A DNA stretch of 64,000 nucleotides from Takakia lepidozioides. Taxonomy: Eukaryota > Plantae > Bryophyta. Shown here piece by piece: positions 50,400-64,000 of the stretch. Both the position numbers and the translations under genes were made by a program. The first letter of the stretch is position 1; each line of letters begins with the position of its first letter. Location: contig CM060732.1 in the NCBI GenBank assembly GCA_030704615.1, positions 57,784,001 through 57,848,000 of the forward strand, written 5' to 3'. The notes under the pieces were generated by a model that searched no databases, had not been told where the DNA came from, and was given only the letters and a program-made list of their open reading frames with translations.

Positions 50400-51130
50400 C
50401 CTCTCTCGCTCTGACCCCTGCCCTTCACGCTGGAAACTGGGTAGATAATAGATACCCTGTGACACCCATCCAACAGCGTGAACCGCAAGACAAGAAGGTC
50501 GCGGATCCTTCGCCATTGCAGTTCAAGAAGTAGAAAAATTCACAAATGCCCCCAGGACCACTCAGGTCCTCCTCCTAAAATCAAACAGAGTTCTGCGTTG
50601 TGTTGCAAGGAGAAGTGTATGGAGAAGAGGCGGAGTATGTGCGTGTGACCTTCGTAAGCCGCGGCGTGGTTGCAGGACTCAAGTGTATATAATAGCCCTT
50701 CATAAAAGCAAGTTCATGAAGAGTAGCCCCCTTTGGTCTATTTGAGTGGATTTGGTGAGAGAAGGTCCAAATTTTGGGTAAAATAATTCCAAGCTGCTCA
50801 AAATCCATTACAGCCTTTGTGCCAGAGCTTCCAGAGAAATCAAACCACTTCAATCCTGTCTATGCGAATGGTGAGGATCGAAGCAGAGCCCATTTGAGCA
50901 TACGTATAAGAAAACGGTGTCGATCATCTGCTGGTGTTAGTGTTACTGACCCCACCATCTGACTTTGAACATCATATTGAGAGCTCAAAGGGCGGTCCGC
51001 CAAACTCGCCCAGAACAGCCCACGTTAGCTGTCCTTAGAGCACCCTGACATGCGCACCAAATGCAGGCTGGAATCTACAGTTTTAGCATGATTGATCATT
51101 GGAGTTGCCACCCCAAGGTAGGCCTAATAT
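50400..51130 (-). mobile_element. Decayed LINE fragment related to 24721-26996
   Basis: 50946-51050 (ctgaccccaccatctgac..ccaaactc.cc..gaacagcc) matches 25511-25615; outer boundaries approximate. Confidence 0.65.
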
Positions 51131-52458
51131 CGTTTCTACACTCTGGGAGTGTGGAAGGTGCAGGGAAAGAGGCCATGCTCATTTAACGGCTACCACCCTA
51201 GTGCCTAACAAAACTAGATGGGAGGTTGGGGTAGAGAGCCCCGGGAGGACAAAAGATTTGTACATGTTATCCATTCATCCCATTAACGGGAAAAGTATGA
51301 GTTTGAGGTAGTGGACAAGTCTAACGTGTAAACCATACAGAGAAAAAACTGAGAGCCACTTCACCATTGGAGTGTGGAGTACCTCCCAGCAGAATTTTCA
51401 AGGGCCGGACAGGAACAAATCTACACGGTGGATGTGGTTTTTCCTGTCCAAGCCGTCCCCGTCAACAGACTCAGTCTGCTCTTCGAATGATGTCTGAGGA
51501 CTTCAGGTCCCGAGTCGCGAGCTCCAAGGCGCATGAGTCAGGTCACTGTCCTTGCCCTTGTCCTTGTCTTCGCTGTCTTCCAGGTTCGGCATATACTGTA
51601 TGATGTACCTTATAAAGAATACATATGTCCTAGGGTTGGACCCTAAGACAACAAGCACGTCAACCAGGGCCACACCTTGTCTTGTCTGAAGAAAACAATC
51701 TTCAGATTCTAAACCAGTCCACCTCGTTTGGTATTCCACAGTTGTGGAGCTACCCATGTTGGCCTGTGTACCAAGCTGGCTTGCCCGCAGGTGCGACCTT
51801 CACTTGAAGGCTCCAGAGCTCTTAGACGCCCTGCAGCCATTTCCCATAGGAGCTGTGACTCTGCACAGCAGCTCCCACCCCAAAGTGGACACTGCGATTT
51901 GGATTCTCATGTGCAGATCGGACGTTATAAAGTACCATTCCACTCCATTCTCTCTAAATTACCATTTCATTTCATTTCATTGCTCTCTCTCTTTCACAGA
52001 AATGGCCACAAGGCTACGGCAAACAATGTCTTATGAGTGCATTCTCTATTTCACAGAAGTATTGTTGCAATTTCAAGTTTTGCTGGAGGCATGCAGAAGT
52101 CAGCCTGATGCTTGTAACAGGAGCCTCCATTAGTGATACATACATAACTGGCATGCATGCGATCCAGAAAATGTGAGAGGAATCAACATGGTCAAGATAG
52201 GTGAGAGGGATGATCTCGCACACCACAAGAAGAATGAAAGCTGTGTGGCTGGTCAACTGTAGTTGATTCTGGTAACTAGCCAATGTTAGCAACAACTTCA
52301 TTACCAAGGGACACTCAGTAAGTGGCAACTTTCAGAACCCAGGAATTGTACACTCAAACGTTCTCCATGTGGAAGATTTATTATCATGACTTGAAAAAAA
52401 TAAACGTAATGTCGAGAATGGGCTTGCAGTACCAGAGAAGAGAGGTCGTTCATTGAAA

Positions 52459-55400
52459 CTATGACAGCACAGATCCACCTTGGGCTTCTTGTGAAACTTT
52501 GATGAAGACATCCTCAAGAGTGGTGTCGGCGATGCCCCATGCCTGGATACTGAGATAACCCTTGGCATTCTCCACAGCCAAGAAAACATCAGCGATGCGT
52601 ACTTCACTCTTCGGTAGCTCAAATTTCTGTGTTCCAGAAAGCCCATAAACTTTCTTGGCATTTGGAGAGAGCCCTTGGGCCAGTCTAATTACTTCAGGTT
52701 CCTGTTGCGGGGGTGTAGTAATTGTCAAGACATACAATCCCCCATATCTGGCCGTTAGCTGCACCATAACCAAGTAAAGTGGGTGAATATGCTGAAGTAC
52801 AGTTACAACAGAGGGGCCACAACAGAGGAGCCACATACTTGCTTAAGACACCAGATGCAGCAGGTTGCACGAAAATCCATTAGAAGACGATCTATCCCAT
52901 AAGGAATGAGAGACCAATGCAATGTTTATGAATAGAGAATTTCATGTCTTTCTCTGGGTGGGCATAATTACCTCCTTCGCATTTCCAATGCACTGCAATT
53001 GTCCGTTCACAAAAATGCCAAGCCGGTCGCACAAGGCTTCGGCCTCCTCCATCGAATGTGCTGGGATCATGTCACCAACCCATCAGCACATGTCATTACC
53101 TTCAGTTTCAGCCGTGCACCAGCCAGTGCAGTCAGTTGATGAACTTGTCAATCTGTGTCTACATTTCTAGTTTGAGGACAAAGCACAAATGTAGGTTTAG
53201 GGGGAGGGCATATGTACTGGTAAGAATGATGGCACAGCCTTGCTTGGACTGCTTTACTACATTCCACAGATTGCTTCGTGATGCTGGATCCAGCCCCGTG
53301 CTTGGTTCATCCATATACACCACCTGGTCCATTGGTGATTTCCATGCCAAAAATGAGGAAGGAACAAGGCAGATGAGGTACTCAATAGAACTTGCTTGCT
53401 ACCACATGTGACCATGGACCCGACACTTGGCTTGAAGGGAGCAGGAAAGGGGGGGAGCCAGGAAGGAGCATGAGAAAAAACAAGACTTGCATTATGCTCC
53501 ATGACAAAAATTTGACGCAGAGAGGGCAATACAGAGACCTACGAGCCCACCCTACGTCTTTTTGGAGCTTAGGAGAACCACTGCAAATCAAGAACTTATT
53601 TAAGCAGAGAAAGGAAATATGAACTGTCCGTTGTCCATACTTGAGGATTGCCAATGAGGGAGATTGCAACACTGAGGCGGCGCTTCATGCCTCCTGAGTA
53701 TTTTCCTGCTAATTTGTCACCAACACCTCCATCAAAAAGATTGACACTCCTTAGCGAAGTCTCAACTGCCTGTAATGAAATATGGTTGACTTGTGAGTAA
53801 AGGTCCAAATTGATCAGAACCTGACACCAGTGCACAACAAAGCAAGAAAATTGGGATGACCAAAGTGGTACTAACACTTTGAAGGGTGGAGCCTTGCAGG
53901 TCCTTGAGGCGTCCATAGAAGTAGAGGTGCTCCCTTGCCGTCAACTGTTCCCAGAGCAAGCTGCACACCACCGACCCCAGTCAGCTTCAACCTGTCTTAA
54001 GCAAGGGCTCTTACCTATTAGACTCATTCCTGAAGGAACCTTGGGGATCAAATATTGCATAGATATATATCCCTATGCCATATTACAGCAAGCGAGTCTC
54101 CAAAAAAAAGTGCTCTTATAAAGCTTTATAGAGAGAAAGAAGGGCAAGAAAGATACTCATGCTGTGGGCAAACACCCATGCACGCATAGATACGGTCCAT
54201 TTCAGTCTGGATATCCAGCCCCTGTATGTATGCTGTCCCCGATGTTGGCTTCAAAAACCCTATCATCTGCCATGTCCAGTCCAGTCAGAATACAACCGCC
54301 ATATTGCTCTTGATAAAAATCAAACAATATTGATTGGCTGTGACTTACAGCCTGTAACTGCAACTGTGGTATGTGTAACTAGTCTGCGGTTCCAGCTCTA
54401 GCTTGCATGACCAAATGGCTGCTATGAGACACAAAAGAACTACAAGAGCAAGACCGAAAAGTAAGAAGAAAATAAATAGGAGGCAAAGAGGGAGACCATG
54501 TTGATGCTGGATGTTTTGCCTGCCCCATTGGGTCCCAGGATCCCAAAACACTCGCCACGTGGCACTGCTAAAGAGAATCCATGCACTGCATATTTGGCTG
54601 GATTGCCGTCCCTAGACGGATAAACCTTCTTCAAATTGTCACAGATTATGGAATACGATCCATTCGGGGCATTCCGCAAGCCTTCTACCACTGCTCTCTG
54701 CAGAGGTTGGCATTTGCTTTAGTTTGCAACAGATGACTAACAAGATGCTTGTACCTCTCCACCTATTTCTTATGGTCTTAGCTATCCAGCTGTACTTGAC
54801 AAAGACAATCCTGGAACAAATGAAATGAAATGAAATGGTACTTTTATAACATCCGGAACAAAGAGAGAAAGAGAAAGACTGAGAAAGTTATCTGCACCTC
54901 TTGCGCAACGTCTGGTCTTTCCATTTCAACATTGGTTTCACCTTTTTCCTTCGAACTGAGGGAAGAGTTCCGGCCAAGCCCCGCGGCCTGCCGGGGCCCT
55001 CCTTTCAGGCCAGAAAAACACTTCAGCAAGAAAAGGGGATGTTTTTTCACACCACTACCCGATGAAACAACTTGGTCCAGATAGTATGCGAGAAGTAAGA
55101 AGAGAATCCATTCTACTGCCATGATGCCCAGGACTTGCTTTAGCCCATTAACATGGTCCTTGAGATTGGACCACTGCATGCCCTTGGTGCCCTGATAAAG
55201 ATAAAACATCAAGAGGGGATGGAGCTATGCATGTCAGGATGGACACATTTGTGAAAGCTTACTGAAAACAGCATAACGTAACTCTCCTGAATACCTTTAG
55301 ATGTCTTGAAGATTCACTCATCTAATGTGTGAGAAGTGAATATACAGCAAGAGTGGCTCACCTGACATCTTTTGGCAACCCACTAGTCAATCTTGAGGTT

Positions 55401-58400
55401 GAGAGGAATTGATCAATAAGCATTTAAGCCTTACTACTAGCAGAGCAAGCCTACAACTTAATGGAGCACTGGTGATGCAGAGCACTTAAAAACTTTGCAC
55501 ACAATGAAGAAGATATAACCTCATAGCCTGCAATGAAGGAATACTGTGAAAACTCATAGAGGCCTCGGAAGAGCGAGAAACCTGGAATCAGCTCCAATGC
55601 AAATACCAGATTTCCTGCATAACCCAATGACCAATTTTCCCGTAAACAATAATACTATCATTAGGGGCCTCAACAACAATCAATAAAATAGTCTCCACAG
55701 GTACAGACCGAAAGGAAAGAGGCTAGGCAGCTAGATTGTTTCTTTTGCAGTCACGAATAATCACAGGAGTTGTAACAACAGCCAACACGAAATGTATGAC
55801 ACTGACAAAGAATGTTTCAAGATATGGCATGTACGAGTAATGTAGTGCAAATGATTAATAGAGCCACTGATACGAAATGCTTCTATACCCATCCATGGAT
55901 ACTGATACATTGCAACTACCATTCTATTTGAGGTCATTTATGTTGGTGGTCCACCAATGAGGCTAATCACAAGCATATGTTCTCCACACATCAAGAGTAA
56001 GAAATATAGTCCCTCCTACTGCCATTCTTCAGTCACATGATGGAGTGGCAGATGCAGAATATATAAATTGGCCTCCCAATTGCCACTCAGAATTGATAAC
56101 AGAGAGTAGACTTACTGCTGGTGTGGGTGTCCTCCACAAAGCTTTGAAAGAAAAATCTTCCCATCAACCCGAATCCAAATACGTAAAGATAGCCACACAC
56201 TGCAGGCCACATGACCAAGCAATTAGTGCCCACTCTATTCACCACTTCCGGACAGCATAAATTAAGCTATTTGACCCTAGTACCAGCCAAGATAGCAAGG
56301 CTATATTTGCACATACGTTTATCACTCCTGCATGCCACATGTGTTGCCAGCCTCAATTCTGCCTGCAAACCCTTATAGGCCTTCATTCCATATAAGGAGG
56401 TGCTCTTACCTTAGTGCCTAGGATCTAAGAAAGAAACTTTAGAAAGTGGGAGAGAGATACCTGTGGCAGTCTTTACACTGGAAAATAAAGCCGCTGCAAG
56501 AAACGCTAGAGATATTTGCAGGTTGATGTAGATTAAATAGAAAACAATTTGCAAAGTGTAGGCATTCCGCCTGAAAAAATTCAACCCTGCAAATATACAA
56601 ATGAATTTCATGGTCATGTACTAGATCAAGCATCTGGGAGGCGTGTCACCCAATGGCCAAATGAGGGTGACTTGTCAAGAATGTTTCCCTGGACAATGAT
56701 GCCTTGCCAAAAACATGACTATACAAAGCTATGTGCTATACCTCGCACCAAAACACAATTCTACAAATGATAACAACAAAACACCACAGGGAAAGAAAAG
56801 GATCATGCTTACCAATGATTGAACCGAATAGGATGAAGCAAAACATGTAGAGAATGGAGGTCATTAGAAAATAGCCATAAGAGATGAACCAGTAGGGACC
56901 ATCACCCAGCCCATGCATTTTCATCATCATACGCAAATTACGCTGCTTCTCATACACCAATGCTGTCAACACCACCTACAGACATTCCCACAACCCTCCG
57001 TTTGCCTCATTAATACCAGGTGTCTTACCTATATATCTCCCTGCATGCTGTCTCGGTAGATAAGTATCTCTGAGTAGTTAAATCATATCCCATCTTTGAT
57101 CATTAATACCCGAGTCCATATGGACTGAGCATTCTTTTGATTTTCTTTTGATTTTCAGTAGACAACATTAAAAACCTTCTTCTATTCTACGTGACTGGTA
57201 CTGTAAAGCCTCTGCCTCCCAACACTATGTAGGCAATTTCAGAAATGAAGTCCTCATCCCTATATGGCAGATAGATTAACATACCACAGGACAATAGGAC
57301 TTTCCCAGCTTGCAACAAACTATAGACAATCCATTGCTTTTTGCCTGCCCTGTGTATAGTCAGAAAGAGAAAGATACCTGCTATAAATTCAGAGGCTGCT
57401 AATCTTCACAGAGGGTTTGTAGCTGAGTACTCCTTTACTCATAAGGGAACATAGCACATAACCACCTTCTCATTCTTTAGTGTGTGAGACGAAAAAGAAG
57501 GCCAATAAGTTGCTTACTGGAAAAAGGAGCTGCACAATCCACATATAGAAAAGGGGGCCCAGAAGAGATGCAAAGTCAAGGTTAAGCTTGCTCGATTGCT
57601 TGGGCATTTCCTTAACAAACCAGAGTGGCAGCTGCGCCTGAGATCCTGCCACCAGACGCACAAAGGCTTGGGCTGCCTGCCTCCCATGAATGAACACCCT
57701 CTAGACCAGTCAGATATGAGGAAGAGAAAGAAAAATACTTCCTCTGGACATATAAAGATTCATTTCTTTCTCTTGTCCCAGAAGCTCTTTGAACTTTCTG
57801 CTGAGGTCATAAAGTACCATTTCATGTCATACTTCCTCTCTCTTGGAAGCTCTCACAACAAAACTCCATTTCTATCGAGAGACATTCTTGGTTCTCCATG
57901 ATGTAGAATCTTGCGGCCCAGTTACCTTTCGGCGCCATTATCTCCTTCCCTCCTGAGGGCATTAGGGCAGTTCAGGGTGCGCTCCCACAATCTACGGATA
58001 GAGACTGGTAGATGGGAAAACCTGCAATGGGAGGACCGCCTATGCGCAGTGTGTACGGGCGCAACCAGGAATTTGAAACTGAAGAACACTTCTTCTTTCA
58101 TTGCCCTCTATATTATGAGATCTGTGGGAGATTCCACTGCCTATTCCGTGGAACTCAATCTCTCACTGAAGTCTTCCACTATGAGGATCAGAAAGGCTTG
58201 GCAGCTTACCTGCACAAGGCCTTGACCCTTAGACAATCCCTTGAGCAGTAGTTGCTTTTGGGCTGTTGTTTGGCTCAGGTTTGTTTCCTCTCTCTTCCCA
58301 TAAGCTGTATGAGCTTTCCGCGGACGTTATCAAGCACCATTTCATTTCATTTCTCTTGTTTTTTCCATTTTGTCCCATAAGCTCTTTGAGCTTTCCGCGG

Positions 58401-61400
58401 ATGTTGTACAGTACCATTTCATTTCATTTCTCCTCTCCTTTGGAATCTTTTGATGTTGTTTCTCGTTGTTCTACTTTGTCCCCTTGGCCTCTCAGGGGCC
58501 ATGGATGTTATGAAGTTTCTTTTCTTCTTCTTTCTCGTTATAAAGCACCATTTCATTTCATTTCTCTCTGTACCTTGGCCCTTTGGGCCTCCAAGGACCT
58601 AAAAAACAATTTCTATAGTTTAACACACGTATGTTGTAACTTCACCCACTAGGAAGCCCAACAATGCCACACAGCCCATCTGTGTGCACTGCTTACAAAT
58701 GCAGATAATGTCCCAGCACAAACCAGATTCATGGAACGGGAGACACGAATTAGTGTAGGTCCGTTCTGGGATGTCGTGTTGTCATACGTCGAATTATACC
58801 AGATCTTCACATCAAATTTGGATGGACTCGTGTCTCCAAAATCATAACCTGCCATTTACAATTCACACTCACAACATTCAAAATCCCATAACCTAACCTA
58901 TGTGGGAGCATCAGCAGGTTTGAAAAGTAAAGCAAGTTCTTTCTAGTCTAGACACCCATTGAGATTTGATAGAGCAAAGCGACACATAAACCCTTGAAAT
59001 ATGTAGAGGAAGACAAAGTTGAACTCAGAGCCTAAGTTCTCTGTAGATCATTATCAATGTGAGATCCTAGTAGAATCTGAACTCGGCAAGATAACCAAGA
59101 TTAAAAAATAGCCACATCCAAGGTAAAGAAGAGCATTTGGGATGAAAACAAAGCCACAGGACAAAACCTCAAGGAAACAGAAACAAAGAGGAAGGGAACC
59201 AGAAAGAACGTTGGCTCATCGCTTAGAGAGTCAACCCAAGAGAACCAAACAATCAACTACATCGCGGAAGTAACCTAACTGATAGAAGTGGGCTGAACAA
59301 AGCTCCCCACATAAGGCTTATGAAGTATGTTCAGGATCATTTTTTATAGACAAAAGGCTGAGACGTCAATCAAGTACTTAATGTTTTTAATTTATCCTAG
59401 CAGTGAAAATCAGCTTACCAGCTGAAATCTCATTCAACGAGTGATCAGGGTTTCCCTTGCGGTAGCCTTGAAATAGCTCTGAATTCACCACACTTGCATT
59501 GTCACGCCACAATAAGCGAGTCTCTAGACACTGGAGTGCTGCACAAGCCAGAGCCACCTGAAATTTAAGATTTCTTTATCATCTGCCATGTATGACTAGA
59601 TCTAAGTGGTGTATGTCTTGCTGAGTGTGTCCCCGAAGTTTAGATCTATATTAGAGTAAAGTGATCCTCTTACAAACAACCCCTTCAGGCCTGCAGTGTG
59701 GTCCCTTCATGCAAGAGACTCCCAGATCTTTGTCAAGGGATGCAGGGGCAGGTAGGAATCAGCCGTACTCTCACCTTCTCAGGCAGTAGGCTTACCAACA
59801 ACTAGCCTTGATTCACATGCTTTCTACAACAAGTCCCTTGATAGTAAACTTTTGCCACTTCTCTCAAATCAACATGATCCAGCTGATCAAGGTCCGACTC
59901 CATCCAGAACAACCTGATCTTTACCATCTAGCCCATCCAACACCAACATAGCCTTAAATCTGAAGTTTTCTTCAAGTGAACCTCGCAGGTGAGAGAAAGA
60001 CGTACATGTGTTTACGAGGCTTGTGTCAACCTTTATGGCAAGGTTGAAATTAGAATTGGTCCCACAACTAGGTTGAAGAACGTTAACTGGCTTGCCAGTA
60101 GTGAATGCAGCCTCCAGCAACTGTGTCCCTGAAGTGTATGTATCTGTACCCTGCAACATCTCACCCCACAAGTATAAGCACTACTGGATCTCTTTCCTCC
60201 TTTCATTACATACTTTCTTGTTTTTTTGCTTTCCTTTTGTCCCATAAGCTCTTTGAGCTTTCTGCGGACGTTATAAAGTTCCATTTCATTTCATTTCTCT
60301 CTCTACATTAAAACTTAATTCACTTCTCTCATCCCTCTCTCTCTCTCATTTGATCTTTGAGAGCTTATCAATCAACTGAATGCAATGTCTGTAGCTCTCC
60401 CTCATTCATAAGCAGTCTGCACTTATACTTCACAAAATATTTGAACCAGAGAATCCGATCAGAGTCCAAAGAGGATAATCAATAACTTTGTCAATACAAC
60501 TGATATACAAGCAAGGTCTTCGGCAGCTTACAGGGACCAAGCTAGAGAGCCTGATGAGAGAATCTGTCGAAGAGTTTTCTGGCGCACTCGAGCTCAGTAG
60601 ATAGGATGCCAGGACTGTTTCAGTGCATGCGTTGAAAGGAAGAACCACTCAGTGCACATAACTCATTGACTGGTTTAAATCTCCAGTTTAAAACCAGACA
60701 ATCAAAAGTTGTTGACTTTTGAATTTGAAATCATTATAAACACATCCTGTAAGCATAACCATAACAAATTCAAAGTGGGTTCCATAGGCCAGGAATTGCG
60801 GTAGAATCACATTGACTGGTTGCCATTGGTTCTATATCCTCGTACTTCCGGAAGAGCCTTTCATCTTGAGAGTCGATGAGTCAGTGTCTGGGTTCCTTGA
60901 TAAGAAGATCAAACAACAGACAAGATAACTAGGCAATCTAGAGACAAAAAAAACGTTATAACCTCCACAGGGCCCCAAGGACAAGTGGAGTGTGGCATCA
61001 AGCTGGTTATGAGCCCCACCTGTGCCTTGGTTACACTTGCTGTTTTGATACAAGCTGGCGCCTTAGTTGTTCTTGCCAAGCTTTAATGTCTTGTATTCTC
61101 ACTAGTGTGTGCCCGTATGGGCTTTGCCCAATTAGGTCCTGTTATTCTAGGGCACCGGTCACCTTTATTAGGAGTCCCTTGAATAGCTTATAGGAAAAAT
61201 ACTGAACAAACATGTAATGAGTACAACCAGGCCAAAACACTGCACTAACACTGTGCTGCACAAAGGCTTGAAGGACTCACCTTCAGCAGATGTTTGGTTG
61301 CGACCTGTGTAAAGGAATGTGGCTGCACATGATCCCGTTGCTCGGCAGGATGGGTTTGGCAAGTCTGAAAATTCATTTGTCTCCACAGCACGGTACTCCG

Positions 61401-62980
61401 GTCTAGGCAGTTGCATGAGAGCAGGCCACTCAGTTGGAGAGGCAACTCCACAGTAGCCCACTTGGTCCGAATCGGAATAGGCAATTCCACATACCTTCTC
61501 CCCTTGGGTTTCGATGCAACCACATTTATACTTGGAGCCAGAGAGCAGATTATTTATCACCACTTGAAAGATAAGAAGCAGAAGACACAGAAGAACAGGA
61601 AACATTATGAGACAACAGTTGGTTCTCCAGTTGCGTTTCTGCACATACCACACAATGAGAGTGCACATTAGTTGAGTTTATCCCCTGCACAGTCCCTTCT
61701 TCCCCTAACACCCCCCCCCCCCCCCCCCCCCCTGATTCTGTCCTCACACAGAAGACTTGAGCATCAATGTGGAGGCCCGAAAGCAGTATGTATGATTCTA
61801 CATGTTACTGAGGCCTCGTTTATGCAGGACATGTACTCTCAAAGGTACTAATCATCTGATGAATTTTCCAAGGATCAGGGTGGAGAGTGTCCGGCCCTTC
61901 CGCTTTCTACAGGAACTAGAATAAATAGTTCCATCCAAAAACAGCTTCAAAGCCAGCTGCATGCTCTCCATTTACTTCTCACCCCCTCTGTACTTAGTTA
62001 TCAATACATATACATAATTCCCACCTGACCATGTCCTATGTCATAGGCAATGTACACTATGACCTCTTCAATCATTAGGGGGAGGTAAAAGACGTGCTCA
62101 ATCAATACTCTGCATACTTCTCCATCATCAATGTAATTGACATAGAATAAGCGCAATTTTAGTGCTTTAAAAGCTATTCAGCTGGCAATTGTGTCTGAAA
62201 ATCTCAGCATTCCCTAGCAACCTAGTCAAATCTCTGTAAGAGAATGTATACAGTATCAACTCCACAATTTACAAGGGGGAGGTAACAGGTGTACTCAAGC
62301 AACACTCTGCTTCTCCACCGTCAATCCAGTGGACGTAAAATAGGTTCTTTAACTGCTAGTTGTGGCTCTGATCATCTCATCATTTCAATGCAATCCAGTC
62401 GAATCCATCCCCCATATACACAGCATGATTAGACTATATTGTAGTCGGCAGTTCGATGGTCAGAGGATTTCAACTAAAGTAAAGAAGACGGTCTGTCAAT
62501 TGTGCTGACGCAGAGCGTTTCAGCTGGTGCTCTAAATTATACAAGGGCGTAAGCCACATATTCGCACAAATCCACTTCAACGGCCAAGAAATCGAGTTTC
62601 CTTCGAAGGGATGCCACCAGGTGTTGGTCTCATACGATTCAGGAAGAGATTCCTGTGCAGAGTTGGAAGGTCAAGAACACCTTGATTCAAAATTTAGCTG
62701 ATCCATAGAGATACAGTCTACAATGCCAAACAAGCTCCACACACATACGCATGACTGACAATGAGCATGGCGTGACACAGGAAGAAACAGAAACACAGGT
62801 ACAAAAAAAGAAAATGATCCACTCCCGTCAAGCTCACAATTAACTTCCACCAACTCTACAACAGATCTTGCAAAATCTATATACCTGGAATGTCAAATTC
62901 TTCCGAAACAGCGCATTGGCCTGCGTACCATACCCCGTCCTTCTCTGCGGCTGGCCCTCCATCGCCTGCGACGTCTCCAT
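52459..62980 (-). CDS. ABCA: ABC transporter subfamily A (half-size, plant ATH/ABCA7-like), multi-exon
   Basis: First exon METSQAMEGQ...TQANALFRKNLTFQ (62980-62885). Also LVYEKQRNLRMMMKMHGL, Walker A GPNGAGKTS, CPQHD|LLWE, signature YSGGMKRRLSVA, Walker B VYMDEPSTGLDP and C-terminal TTLEDVFIKV. GT-AG introns throughout. Confidence 0.95.
57770..58570 (+). mobile_element. Stack of RTE-X-like LINE 3' ends with (CATTT)n tails in an ABCA intron
   Basis: LGQFRVRSHNLRIETGRW..RLCAVC..ETEEHFFFHCPLY at 57911-58250. The 3' motif gagctttc.gcggacgttat.aag.acc(atttc)n recurs at ~57790, 58310 and 58390, and partially at 58540. Confidence 0.8.
60238..60300 (+). mobile_element. RTE-X-like LINE 3' terminal fragment
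   Basis: cccataagctctttgagctttctgcggacgttataaagttccatttcatttcatttc. Further copies at ~5576-5622 (-), ~51918-51980 (+) and ~54820-54856 (-). Confidence 0.75.
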
Positions 62981-64000
62981 TGCAACGATAGTCCGCTGCC
63001 CTCCCCCTGCATTCCTTATTCCCAGAGTAGCAGCGAGGAAAGAGAGACGAAGACACAGGAAAGAGAGTCGACGACATACGCATCCTTATGACCCGGTCAC
63101 GGTTTCCGTTACTTGCGTCGCTAACCACGATCGGTTGCTTAGTTACTCGTGAGTCGTGACCCTCCAACTTAGAACAAGAATGCACGAATGCACAACATTT
63201 ATTAACGCTTTCTAAATTACAAATCTGTTTTTTACTTAAGAACATTACTCTCTTTCAATAAGATTCCAATAATTATAAATAAAGTTCGTGCAGGGCCTCA
63301 GTCCCCTTCCAAAAAACAAAAAAAAACAAAAAAAAACAATCCTGTTACCCAGTCGGGTGTGGTTTGATTTTCTCCCTTTCCCTTGGGCGGTGTCCCTGGA
63401 GCCTGCTCGGCGCCTCATGGCGAGGTTACTATGAAAGAGGTTATTTTCTACTCTCTTGTATATTTATTTATTTTAATGTATATGACTTCTACAAAAGCAA
63501 GCGTAAATTATGGTGTCTCTTGACCCCAAGGGCTACTGTTCCGGAGGGAAGGTGGGGGACACCTTTGTAGCTCCCTGGTATTTCCCTTTTTTTTTGTTTT
63601 CTCCACGAGGGGACAGTGGCCCTCAAAACTTTCATTTCCCTTTCATTTATTAAAAAACAAAATTAAATTTGAAAACAAAATTAAATCGATTGTTGTGTTT
63701 AAGAACAGCTTCGGTAATCATCTTTTTCTTTGAGTTTAGTATCTTCTTCTCCTGTTATTATACTAGTTGCTTTAGTCTCTCCTCTTCTCTCCTCCTCGAG
63801 CCACGCCACTCCTTCCTCTTTGGGCTCTTTATAGATCGCCCACCTGCTCGATAAGATAAAGGCTGCAGAGGCGATGCTCGAGTGCGTGAGGTCCCAAGAA
63901 GATAGGCCCGTGTACTTGCCAGTACATTCCAGTTCATACCCACCATGTTGGGACACCATGGCCGGAGGCTGCTTGTCGGTAGCAGCAAGAGGGCCACATT

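Noticed and set aside
62070-62345. ~200-bp-spaced degenerate duplication and nearby poly-C tract (61710) in ABCA intron 1
   Set aside because: Ordinary intronic tandem duplication and homopolymer with no evidence of function.
63699-63997. Open frames at the right window edge
   Set aside because: No recognisable family and truncated by the window; cannot be supported.

Overview
Eukaryotic nuclear DNA from a seed-free land plant, probably a bryophyte. This is inferred from GT-AG introns, PLS/DYW PPR genes, a COL gene and an axonemal dynein exon. Left part (1-27 kb): a ~2.7 kb duplicated segment carrying a 3-exon group-3 LEA gene, present at 1-4.8 kb and 19.4-24.05 kb. Each copy is interrupted by a different CRE-like RLE retrotransposon fragment. 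Between the copies lie an orphan dynein heavy-chain exon, a truncated LTR retrotransposon (Gag-protease) carrying a C5-cytosine DNA methyltransferase, and a decayed spliced gene ending in a beta-class N6/N4-type methyltransferase fold with palindromic intronic repeats. A TSD-flanked LINE follows. Middle (27-42 kb): three paralogous PLS-class PPR genes (one intact DYW, two truncated) around a dihydroneopterin aldolase gene. All three carry a split, OSB-type PDF ssDNA-binding motif at the N-terminus. Right part (45-63 kb): a B-box/CCT CONSTANS-like gene and a multi-exon ABCA transporter with many LINE 3' ends in its introns. The best novelty candidates are the PDF-PPR-DYW fusion and the two transposon-associated DNA methyltransferases. 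All calls were made by eye; no database searches were run.
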